A stretch of 64,000 nucleotides of DNA from Caecitellus pseudoparvulus. Taxonomy: Eukaryota; Protista; Bigyra: Bicosoecida. The notes beneath the pieces are model-generated. The model saw only the letters and a list, made by a program, of their open reading frames with translations. It was not told the DNA's origin and did no database searches. The stretch covers positions 372,001-436,000 of the forward strand of contig CBFFRQ010000080.1 of the NCBI GenBank assembly GCA_965644315.1, in the 5' to 3' direction. This document shows positions 26,236 through 35,754 of this stretch, one piece after another. Each line of letters opens with the position of its first letter. Within the stretch, counting starts at the first letter, position 1. The position numbers and the translations under genes are program-made.

Positions 26236-26993
26236 TCAGCCCCTGGAGCGCTTCTTTGCATCTTCAAGAAAGAGGCAGTGTTGAATGACCTCCTCCAGCT
26301 CGCACCGCGCAGGGCGTCTCTCTGTGATAGGGGCCGGGGGTGCCGGTGGGGGTTGCGGGGCCACTCCTGCCTGGAGCTGAACCTTACTTTGTGCCATAGG
26401 AGTCCAGTGGCGTTTTCTCACATTGGTAAAGTAGTTCCTCACTTGCGTCTCCGTCAGACCTGTGCAGGAACGTGCGGATGATGCTCCTTGCCCAGCAGAC
26501 TGCTTGCCAGTCAGCGCGCGTGGCCTACCTGCTGCTTCTGCCAGCGCCCGCTTCTCGGCTTGGCTCGGGTATGGGTTGGGGATGTGGTCAAGGAACCAAT
26601 GCAACAGGATGTCAGTCGATTCGGAGGGCAGGTTGCCTGAACGCATGTGCACCGCGCCTGCATGAAGCAGCGCCTTGAAGTCTGCAACGGTCGCCGAGGT
26701 CGAGCTTCCCGCGACTGCTGCCCCTGAGGTGAGGCCCCCCACAGCAACCTGGCTGAGAGCGGGGAAGCTCGAAGGGGGAGCTCCGTGCAAGGAGTCCTGA
26801 TGTGGCACACATGTCCATCTGAGCTCAGCCCGAGCCTGCCGCACCGCCTCCCTGGCAGGTGCGAGCAAGCGGGCGATGGATACGTCTATCCCGGTGCCTG
26901 TGCCTGTATTCAGTCGTCGTCTAGGGCATGGAGCCATGGCGTGCCTTTGGGCAAGCACTGGGTAAGCTCCTCACCTGCCTCGCGGCGGCTCAT
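26236..26993 (-). CDS. TALE-class homeodomain transcription factor (about 205 aa, 3 exons)
   Basis: HD reads RSGNLPSESTDILLHWFLDHIPNPYPSQAEKRALAEAAG|LTETQVRNYFTNVRKRHW after removing the 69-nt intron 26460-26528. First exon MSRREAG and intron 26904-26974 are inferred. Confidence 0.85.
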
Positions 26994-27007
26994 TGTCGAG
27001 AGTCACA

Positions 27008-27017
27008 CAATTTCCGC
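27008..27017 (+). promoter_or_regulatory. CAATTTCCGC motif in the bidirectional spacer of the homeobox pair (recurrent 5'-proximal motif)
   Basis: The exact 10-mer also occurs at 6269-6278, 11420-11429 (minus), 31497-31506, 33653-33662 and 38284-38293. Confidence 0.45.
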
Positions 27018-27130
27018 AACCTTGCACGTGCACGATGAACCTCGCCGCCCGAGCAACAGCGTCGCTTTGCCGCATCTCTGCATCTATTCTTTGATTTCTT
27101 TGTTTTTGCTTGGCTTCCACTTCTCGTGGC

Positions 27131-27694
27131 ATGGCCGGCAGCTCCGCTGGGCACCTGCCACACACCTGCGCTGCCTTGAATGCCCTGAGCTGTTTCGGGA
27201 GGGAGCACCACAAGCCAGAGGGTGCTCCGATGGGCAGCTCAGACTTTTTTGCAGCGAGCGCCTGTGTCATTCAGCGGGCAGCACCTGGTCACGATGCACA
27301 GGCTGCCAGCTTGCTGGTTGAAGCTGCCCGAGCGTGGGCGCTTGCGAGTTGGAAGGCTGAGCTGGCCTCAACCCAGGCGCCTCTGGCCCAGGCAGCAGCA
27401 GCCCCGAAGCCGCTGCCAGGCACACAAAGTTCACTGAGGATCGCGACCAAGCGGCGCAGTGCCCTCACATCAGAGTCCAAGACAGTGCTCGAAGAGTGGC
27501 TTGCCCAGCACGTACGCCTGCCGTACCCGACAGAGGAGGAGAAGGCGGTGCTTGCAGCGGAGGCAGGCATTCGCAAGGAACAGGTGACGAATTGGTTCAT
27601 TAACGCAAGGGGCAGGAACACTTGGAAGGATTTGGTGAAGAAGCAAGGCTTGGAGACGTTCCGAGATGAGAGGGGTCGCTGGCACGCTGTGTGA
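27131..27694 (+). CDS. TALE-class homeodomain transcription factor (about 187 aa)
   Basis: HD KRRSALTSESKTVLEEWLAQHVRLPYPTEEEKAVLAAEAGIRKEQVTNWFINARGR has the PYP loop and WFIN helix 3. An alternative in-frame ATG lies near 27230. Confidence 0.9.
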   Translation: MAGSSAGHLPHTCAALNALSCFGREHHKPEGAPMGSSDFFAASACVIQRAAPGHDAQAASLLVEAARAWALASWKAELASTQAPLAQAAAAPKPLPGTQSSLRIATKRRSALTSESKTVLEEWLAQHVRLPYPTEEEKAVLAAEAGIRKEQVTNWFINARGRNTWKDLVKKQGLETFRDERGRWHAV

Positions 27695-27710
27695 CAATGC
27701 ACGGTGGTGC

Positions 27711-30700
27711 CTACATGCAATGCATCACCTGCACAGTGGCTGCCCCCCCCTCTGGCTCCAAAACCAACGGGGAGATCCGGACACAGGAGAACTGCCCCGG
27801 GAACAAGACCCCATCCACTGTGATGTCTAGCAAGCCAGCTGCTCGCGTGGTGCTGCCTGCGATGCTGTTGGGGCAGAGGGTGACGTGGTTCACCACGGTG
27901 CAGTCGGCATGTCTGTCGTGTAGGTCCTGCAACTCCTCTCCGAATCGGGGTGGTGCTGAAGAGTCGCGTGATGCTGAGCGCACTCGCTGTGTCAGCCAGC
28001 TGGAGACAGGGCTGGCATCAGGGAGGCTGGACATGCTCAGCCACGGAGCTGACGGGTCTTGGCACGAGCCGTCCTCTGCAGCCCACACCGCGCCCCCCGC
28101 TACCTCCCGCAACTCATCACCGCCATGGCCCAGCGCCGACTCACAGTGTGCGGTGGGGCCCTGCTCCCGTTCATCACCCGTGGCAATCCCACCCACCTCT
28201 GCCTGGACCGTCGCGGCCCGGGCTGCTCGGGCGGCTAGGTGCCGGACTCGGGGACAGTTGTCCAGGCGGAGGCTGGCGTAGCGCTGGGCTGGCATCTGCA
28301 AGACGGCTGCCTGCCCCCCACCACTGGAAGCCTCCGTGCTGCGCACGCACGCTTGCACACACAGATCAGGCGTCGTCAACGACTGGCCAGTCTGGACAAG
28401 CTGCTTCAATGCTCCCCAGTGGCTGCCCCCTGTGCGCGACTGAGCTTTGGACACAGCGGTCGCCATGCCCAGCTCAACGTAGCAGGTCATGGGAACGATC
28501 ATGTTTGCCGGGCGCCGTGGAGGTGCCAGTGGATCAGACCTGTACCACTTGCCGCTTTGCACGACGCCCTGCGGGGGCTCGTGGAGGCCTGAACCTCTCT
28601 CCTTCTCCGCCACGACACGCCCTCCATCCGGCAGCCCCACCTCGGTGTCAGCGAGCCAGCACTCCACCTGCCACAGGACGACAGGCACACGTGCGCTAGC
28701 ACTGCGAATGTAGGCTTGGAGCAGCTCAGCATGCAGGTGCAGTGGTCCCGTGCTATGCGCAGGGCTGTGCTGGAGGGGAGCGACAGCTGCCAAGCCTGGC
28801 GGTACGCAAGGCATGACACCACAGTCACCCCTGAAAGGCCCATACACGAACCTGCGATACCATGGGTCATTGAAGGCGATGTACTCGGCCAAGGTGCACA
28901 CGGCCTGGGGCTGAGCAGAGGGCATGATGTACACTCGCGTGTCCAGAACCGCGAAGGTGGCAGGCGCCTTGGCCATTGCAGATGCAAGTGCAGCAAAGAC
29001 AACTTGCACCGCCGCATCATCGCCAGCCGCCGCCAAGTGCAAAGTGGGCCTGCAAGCAACGCTAGCCAACTCAGCAGGCTGCAGACCCGTCGCGCTATCG
29101 ACTGTGGCGAAGTGCGAAGGCACAGCAGCAGCTTGGCGTGCCGCAGCAAGAATGCGCTCTTCTTCAGCATGCAGACAAACCAAGTGGCTGGAGCCAAGCA
29201 AGTACGGCCATGGGCTTTCAGGGGGGGAGGCATGCAGGGGGTCGAAAGCAGCAGCGGCAGCCTGCAGTTGCTTCTGCGTTGCATCCTCAGGGTTACTGCC
29301 CTGTGCCTTGGCCCCAGGCGGCGCCCAGAGCTGGGAATGAGCCAGCCCATCCCTGGCCTTGTCAATGCTCGTGAATAGCAGCAACATGTCGGGGATGCCC
29401 ATCCATGAAGGAATACGAAGCTGCCCGGCTCCGCATGCGTCAGGGCGCGGCCCTGACTCGGTTCCAGCGGCTGGCGGTTCACCCCCCGAAGGCTGCAGTC
29501 GAAACCACTCGCTTGAGCACAGGGTAGGTGGGTCTTCGTCCCCACTCGTGCCCATAATGTCGGCGAAGAGGCTGTTCATGAGCACCAGGCGCGCTGTGTG
29601 CTCGTCCAACGCCAGCTGCAACGGGACGGAGGAGGTTCCCAGTGGAAGGGAAGCCGCCGAATTAGCGTACGCCCCACGGCCGAGAGTGGCAAGGTGCTCC
29701 TCATCACTGCACATGCTGTCCGTGTCACTGGCGTCACTGCCCGTGCTTGACTGCGCGGGGTGCACCCCCGCCAGAGTGCCGCCGTGAACAACGCCCAAGG
29801 CTCGCACAGCGTCAAAGCTGCCTGGCGACATGCTGAGGCAAGCTGCAAGCGAAACTGCACACCACTTGGCAAGATTTCCAGGGGATGCAGACTCCAGGGT
29901 CAGCGAGAGGACCCCCGCTGGTGCGTCTGTGTGCAGGGAGAAGGCTGTGAGGATGACGGCCCTTCGCAGGGCAAGGTCCCAGGACAGGCAGGAAGGCACG
30001 CCCTTCGCCCCAGCGCTCATGACTTGCTGCAATTGGAGCCATCCATGGTCTGAGTTGTCAAAGAACAAGAGAGTGCTGCGCTGGCTGTCACTCCACGCTG
30101 CAGTGGCCTCTTCCTCCTCAGCTGGCACTGAGAGGGCCAAGCTTGGGAACTCCCGCAGTAACGCCCGCAAGGCAGCACTGCCCGGTGACAGCTGCTCAGT
30201 AGCCAGAGCAGCGACAAGTGATTGGGCCATGTGGCAGAGGGGCGGAGGTGTGCCAGCCACCAAGGCTACAAGAGGGGGTGTGCACTCGCTGAGGAATGCA
30301 GCATCGGGCACAGGGTGAGCCTCCAGCACCTGCTGCCAAGCATGCAGCCCAAATGCCAACGAAGAGCTACTGAATGCAGGGTGGGGGTCTCTGTAGGCTG
30401 GAGCGTGCAGCACAATGCCGCAGAGGGCGTCGTACAGCGTCTCCAGGTGATGCCCAGCCGCTGCGCTGGACAGGGTGTACGGGAGGGCGAAGGGCACACT
30501 GCCAGAGGACCGCACCGTCTCTTGAAGGTGGTGATCCAGACTAGGTGCTGCGACCACCAGCTGGTTGTCGCAGGCAGAGAGCAGGGTGTACAGCAAGCAC
30601 AGCTGCACGACATCTTCCTCTTGCAACGACACCCTGCGATGCAGCAGCGCAGCCGCCATGGACTCATTTGCGACCCGGCCGAAGCCCCCCTCGGCATCCA

Positions 30701-31088
30701 GGCGTTGCAGCCATCTCTTGATGGTGTGCTGCAAGCTAGTCGTCGCTTTAAGTGGCACTGTCAGCGCAATGTAGATGATGGTACGAACGAGAGCAGCAGC
30801 TTGCTCGGGGGTGCGGATTTCGCTGGCCCACCAATCCAGACACGCCTCGATGAAAACACTGGCGTGCTCTGGGACGACCAGCTGCTTGTGCCACCTGGGG
30901 GGCGATGTGAAGTTTCCTTTCTTGTGCATGGCAATTGCGGGTGTCGTCGCTGCAAGCACTCACAGGCTTGCATGTTGCTGCATGGAGATGCCACTTGGCG
31001 AAGCGGCGTCTGACAGCAGTTGCTTGAACTTCTCCGCGCGCTGCTGAGTCTCATGGATGCCAAGGGTCTTGGCTGCCTTGTCCGACAT
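27711..31088 (-). CDS. Large protein with PI3K class IB regulatory subunit (p101/PIK3R5-like) C-terminal motifs
   Basis: LAAAGDD..V, VYIMP, LAEYIAFNDPWYRRFV, ELLQAYIRSASARVPVVLWQVE and CYVELG are collinear with p101 motifs as recalled (VVFGSDR, FFYVP, YLGMLDPWYERNV, YCRFAARPVLLQVYQTE, SLELG). First exon MSDKAAKTLG..., intron 30895-30963. Confidence 0.55.
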
Positions 31089-31518
31089 GCTGCGTACTTG
31101 GCTGCGGCCCTCCACACCAGTTTGCTTGGCTGCACCCAGCGTCCAGCTTGCAGGGAAGGCTGTCGCGGCGACACACCCGAGCGACTGCGAGCAACCTGCT
31201 CAGAGACTGAAACAGAGAGACAAAAAGGGTGCCCAAGCTTCCCAGTGCGGTGCGGCAATGTCCCTCGCATGGGGCCCGAATTGTTGCAAACTTCATGGTT
31301 CGTCCAGCACGGCGCAACGCCTCTCGCCACGACAGTGGGGGGGGTAGGTGGGGCTGCTGCGCCGAGCACCTCGCATCCCAGAGCCACAAAAAACTCACTG
31401 TCAACGCATTGGAGCGTGCACCGCACTTCACCCTTCAGGTGCGATCTGGGCAGCACGCTAGTGAGGACGAGGTGCGCTGTGCACTGGTTGGGAATCCAAT
31501 TTCCGCACTGCGTTCAGC

Positions 31519-33249
31519 ATGGCTTCTCCCGTCAAGGACACGACTTGCGCGAGCGCAGACGACGGGGACTTGGAGGACTTCGCCATTGCAGCTGATGCCA
31601 CTCCCCAAGACAGTTCTAGGGGCGCCTTGTGTGGTGTTGTGCAGCTGAAGCCACGTGCAGCCAGCAAGCGTGGCGAAGCAAGCCAGGACGAGCTGGCGGA
31701 TGCAGCAGCAGAGGGAGTGCCCGGTGTCGGCAAAGTGTTCGTGCGAACATGGGGCTGCAGTCACAATGTGTCTGACTCCGAGTACATGGCAGGTGCGCTG
31801 GAGGCGTACGGTTACGTCGTCACCGACAACGAGGAAGACATGCTGTCTTCTGACTGCGCCGTGCTGAACAGCTGCACTGTGAAGGGGCCCTCGCAGCAGG
31901 CGTTCATGAACCTGGTGAAGAAGTGCCAGGCAGGCGGAGTGCCGTTGGTCGTGGCAGGGTGTGTGCCCCAGGGCCAGCGCGACATGCCTGAGCTGTCCAA
32001 CGTGTCCATCATCGGCACGCAGCAAATCGACCGCGTGACGGAAGCTGTGGAGCAGACTCTGGCTGGGAACACCGTGCGACTGCTGAGCAAGGCCACACTC
32101 CCGCGTCTGGACATGCCCAAGGTGAGGCGAAACCCGTTGGTGGAGATCATCCCCCTGTCCACGGGCTGCCTGGGCAGCTGCACGTACTGCAAGACGCGGC
32201 ATGCGCGGGGGGTGCTGGGCAGCTATGACCCCGACGCCATCGTGGCGCGCGCCGCAGCAGCGGTGAAGGATGGCGTGCAAGAAATCTGGTTGAGTTCGGA
32301 GGACACGGGGGCATACGGGCGGGACATCGGGACGTCTTTGGTGGCCCTCCTGCGGCGCATTTTGGAGGTGCTGCCACAGGACGCCTCCACCATGCTGCGC
32401 GTGGGCATGACGAACCCGCCCTTCATCCTGCAGCAGCTGTACGCACTTGCCAGCATCCTGAACGACCACCGAGTGTTCAAGTTCCTGCACATGCCCGTGC
32501 AGTCCGGCTCCAACGCTGTCCTGCACGCCATGCGCCGGGAGTACACGGTGCAGGAGTTTGAGCGGGTGGTCACCTTCCTCAAGCGCAAGGTGCCGGGCAT
32601 CTACATCGCCACAGACATCATCTGCGGCTTCCCCGGCGAAACAGAGGCTGACTTCGAGGAGACCCTGGCCCTGGTGGCCCGCCACCAGTTCGTGTCCCTG
32701 AACATCTCCCAGTTCTACGCGCGCCCCGGCACGCCAGCTGCCCGCATGAAGCAGCTGGGCAGCCATATCAAGAAGGACCGGTCCAGGCGCCTGACGGCAC
32801 TCATTCGTGGCTTCAACCGCCACGAGCATTTGAGGGGGAGCGTGCAGCATGTGTGGGTGGGGCAGGAAGTATCCCCTGACGGCCGGGCTGTCGGACACAC
32901 GGCTTGCTACGTGAAGGTGCTGTTGCCCTCAGACCCAAGCCAGGTCGGCAAGCGGGTGGTGGCTCGCATCACAGGTGTGTCCACATGGCATGTGGACGCA
33001 GTGCCTCTGGCAGCCTCCGAGGTGGCAGCGCTGGGAGACGCAGCAGTGACCGTTGCCCCCAACGCCCCCCTCAAAGCAAGTCGGCCTAGCAAGGGCACGC
33101 CGGCCACCCCCACGCTCAGCAGCACCAACACCCCGGCAGCCCCAAAGTGGTCCCTGACGGCCTTCAACGCGCTGCTCTTGGCTTGCGTCTTTCTGGCTGT
33201 CGCACGGCTGGTGCTGCAGCAACTGGCAGCACCTGCCGCCACAGCCTGA
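31519..33249 (+). CDS. CDKAL1: Threonylcarbamoyladenosine tRNA methylthiotransferase (radical SAM)
   Basis: TWGCSHNVSDSEYMAG, LNSCTVK, VAGCVPQ, GCLGSCTYCKTRHARG (CxxxCxxC), SEDTGAYGRDIG, TDIICGFPGET, TRAM region and C-terminal TM helix. Intronless. Confidence 0.95.
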   Translation: MASPVKDTTCASADDGDLEDFAIAADATPQDSSRGALCGVVQLKPRAASKRGEASQDELADAAAEGVPGVGKVFVRTWGCSHNVSDSEYMAGALEAYGYVVTDNEEDMLSSDCAVLNSCTVKGPSQQAFMNLVKKCQAGGVPLVVAGCVPQGQRDMPELSNVSIIGTQQIDRVTEAVEQTLAGNTVRLLSKATLPRLDMPKVRRNPLVEIIPLSTGCLGSCTYCKTRHARGVLGSYDPDAIVARAAAAVKDGVQEIWLSSEDTGAYGRDIGTSLVALLRRILEVLPQDASTMLRVGMTNPPFILQQLYALASILNDHRVFKFLHMPVQSGSNAVLHAMRREYTVQEFERVVTFLKRKVPGIYIATDIICGFPGETEADFEETLALVARHQFVSLNISQFYARPGTPAARMKQLGSHIKKDRSRRLTALIRGFNRHEHLRGSVQHVWVGQEVSPDGRAVGHTACYVKVLLPSDPSQVGKRVVARITGVSTWHVDAVPLAASEVAALGDAAVTVAPNAPLKASRPSKGTPATPTLSSTNTPAAPKWSLTAFNALLLACVFLAVARLVLQQLAAPAATA

Positions 33250-33266
33250 GGCAGGGAATGCATTTG

Positions 33267-35555
33267 CTACTGTATCCGGCATGTTGATGCATCCTCCGTG
33301 AGCTCTTCATCTGATTCATCACCACTGGAGTCTGCAGCACTTGAGGACGAAGGCTGCACCTCTGCCTCCTCTCCACTGGTCGGGGAGGACAGTTGCGTGT
33401 CAGCCTGCTCCTCGGCATTGGGGGGGGCTGAAGGCGCCGGTGTGCGTGCTGAGCCAACGCTCAGCCCGGCTGTCTCGGGGGTGACCTGTTCTCGAGCAGC
33501 AGTGGGGCGGTGGAGGGGTGTGAATGGGACGGGCAGCAGTGGCGGGTGGTGGGAGGAAGAGCTGCCCCCGTGCTGGCCTCGCAGCGCAGCCACAGCCGAT
33601 TCCAAGCACTCTGACACGCTATCCGGAAGGCCTTGGCTGTCTCCAGTTGACGCAATTTCCGCCTGGGCTGCTTGAATGGCGCAGGTGAGTCCTTCTGCGA
33701 CCCCTGTCGGCACGGCAGCCGCAAGCGCAGCTGCCAGCTTCAGCAAATCCTGGCACGCAGAGCGCAGTTTGCCCTGCTCAGCCTTTACTGCCTTGGTCAT
33801 GTTACCTTGCGCCTCAAGCAAAGAAGCTTGGAGCCCAGTAGATGGAGACGCAGCTCCACAGCCCTCGTCGGTAGCGCCGCCGTGGTCGTCGTCGTCAAAG
33901 ACAGCTTGCACTCCGGCCAGCTGCTGCGTGAGGGTGGCCAGATGCTGCTGCATGCGCTGCACCCGTGCCGCATGGGACTGCCCATACTGCGCCAAAGCTG
34001 CACATAGGGCTTTCAGGTGCACCTGCACGCCCTCCAGCAGTGCTTCCATGCAGGAGGCAAGGGTGCGGCGCAGAACGTCACGGTGGCAAGTGCAGCCATG
34101 AGCCAGGGCATCCAGCAGCTGCACCCGCCGCTCCAAGGCCTCGCGGCGAGCCTTGAGTGCCTCTGCCTGGGCTTGCAGCTCAACGAGCTTGACGAGGGAG
34201 TCCTTCCGCTGAGAGAGGAGGGAGCGTAGTTCGTGGCTCTGGCCCTGCCCCCCTTCCACGTCACCCCCGCCCTTGCTCATGATCAAGTCCAGCACGGCGG
34301 AGGTGAGGTCAGCAGGGGACAGCTCCGCGTCGGCAGAGCCCCTAGAAGATGCCGCCAGAGAGTGAATGCTGCTGTCCAGCTCAGCCCTACGGCGAAGAAG
34401 GGCAGCCTTTGCCTGGTCAGCGTCCGCTGTCGCGGCGCAGTTCTCGCTCCAAGATGCCTCCGTTTCGTCACGCGCGGAGCTGAGGAAGGCAATGGCAGAC
34501 GAGAAAGCTCCCTGTACACTGTACCAGCAGTTCTGCACTGCAGTCAGGGTCCCGGTCAGGTGCTTCGCTTCTTGCAGCACCTGCTGTAGCGTATGAGCTG
34601 ACGCCTTGAGATGGCTGGGGCTGCCAGCGGTCTCACGGTCGGACGCTTGCCCTCCTGCCTGGCTTGATGAGGGGGCCGAAGATGACATGTCTTCACGGGC
34701 AGACTTTGCTGCAGGCTGGTGTGCTGGGAACGGCGAATCTCCCCGTCCTCGCTTGCGCCCGCCGACTGGCGATTCCCTTGCACTGGGCGAGGTGGGTGTC
34801 CGGCTGGGAGAGGTGGGGGTCTCTGCCGCCACCAAGGCTGGTACTGGAGGTTCCAGGCATGCCCGCAGAAGGTGGCGCACCTGCTCATGCACTGGCGCGA
34901 ATGCTGTCGCGGCAGCCAGCACAGACAGGACTTCTTGCTGTGGCGCGCCAGAAGCCCACGCATAGCCAATCAGGTGCATAGCGCCTTCCGACTCGAGGGC
35001 CTCCACAGCTGTTGCATGGAGAAAGCGAGACAGCCATGCTGTCACATACCGCAGGATATCTTCGCTACTTTGCAGCTCCTTGAGTTCACTCATCATCCGA
35101 GCTTCCTGGGCTGGGGCAAGGCGCGGCGCCGCAGCTGCGGAAGTTGAGCCATACACCCCAGTGTTGCCGTCGGTGCCTGGAGCAGTCAAGGCACGCTCGA
35201 CAAGGAACTCCCCCGCCTCCTGCACACTGGAACAAGTGAGATCTGCGATGTAAATGTCCGCCTCACTGGCAACATGCCCCGCCTCCTGAAGCCAGGTTGC
35301 CAGCGCATGTCTGCTGCCGCTGCTGGTTTGCTGCAGCATGGCACCAACCACAAGCGGCAGCTGCGCCAACTCGCTGGCAAGCCACGCGGGGCATGGAGCC
35401 TGCCCCTTCTCACAAGGAGCAGTATGGATTTCAGTGGAGTCGTGTGCCCAGCCCAGCATGGCGTGAGGGGGCTGCCACGCGAGAATTGACGAGGTGGTAA
35501 TTACTGCTCGGAAGGCTCGAGCGGGCAGGTCGATGCTCCTGACGGCGGCGGGCAA
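33267..35555 (-). CDS. Uncharacterised coiled-coil protein ending in a CaaX box (CRIQ)
   Basis: 762-codon ORF with heptad-rich segments, an NLS-like GGRKRGRGDSP next to S/TP sites, and terminal CRIQ*. Start is unresolved (about 35460-35600). Confidence 0.6.
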   Translation of the reverse strand: MPAAVRSIDLPARAFRAVITTSSILAWQPPHAMLGWAHDSTEIHTAPCEKGQAPCPAWLASELAQLPLVVGAMLQQTSSGSRHALATWLQEAGHVASEADIYIADLTCSSVQEAGEFLVERALTAPGTDGNTGVYGSTSAAAAPRLAPAQEARMMSELKELQSSEDILRYVTAWLSRFLHATAVEALESEGAMHLIGYAWASGAPQQEVLSVLAAATAFAPVHEQVRHLLRACLEPPVPALVAAETPTSPSRTPTSPSARESPVGGRKRGRGDSPFPAHQPAAKSAREDMSSSAPSSSQAGGQASDRETAGSPSHLKASAHTLQQVLQEAKHLTGTLTAVQNCWYSVQGAFSSAIAFLSSARDETEASWSENCAATADADQAKAALLRRRAELDSSIHSLAASSRGSADAELSPADLTSAVLDLIMSKGGGDVEGGQGQSHELRSLLSQRKDSLVKLVELQAQAEALKARREALERRVQLLDALAHGCTCHRDVLRRTLASCMEALLEGVQVHLKALCAALAQYGQSHAARVQRMQQHLATLTQQLAGVQAVFDDDDHGGATDEGCGAASPSTGLQASLLEAQGNMTKAVKAEQGKLRSACQDLLKLAAALAAAVPTGVAEGLTCAIQAAQAEIASTGDSQGLPDSVSECLESAVAALRGQHGGSSSSHHPPLLPVPFTPLHRPTAAREQVTPETAGLSVGSARTPAPSAPPNAEEQADTQLSSPTSGEEAEVQPSSSSAADSSGDESDEELTEDASTCRIQ

Positions 35556-35754
35556 GGCTGCCCGTTGTCGAAGGCACGGTGTGCTGCCATGTGCATGTTA
35601 ACCCGTGGCCCAGGACACGTTGCAAGCAGCCAAGCCGCGGAAGGCAGAGTTCGGAGACGGCGGCACACCTGCTCAAGATCCCACTGCCGCGGAGCCGTTG
35701 CCCAGCACATTGAGCAGCAAGCGAGTGGACCTTACTCTGCATCCGAGCGGGCTG

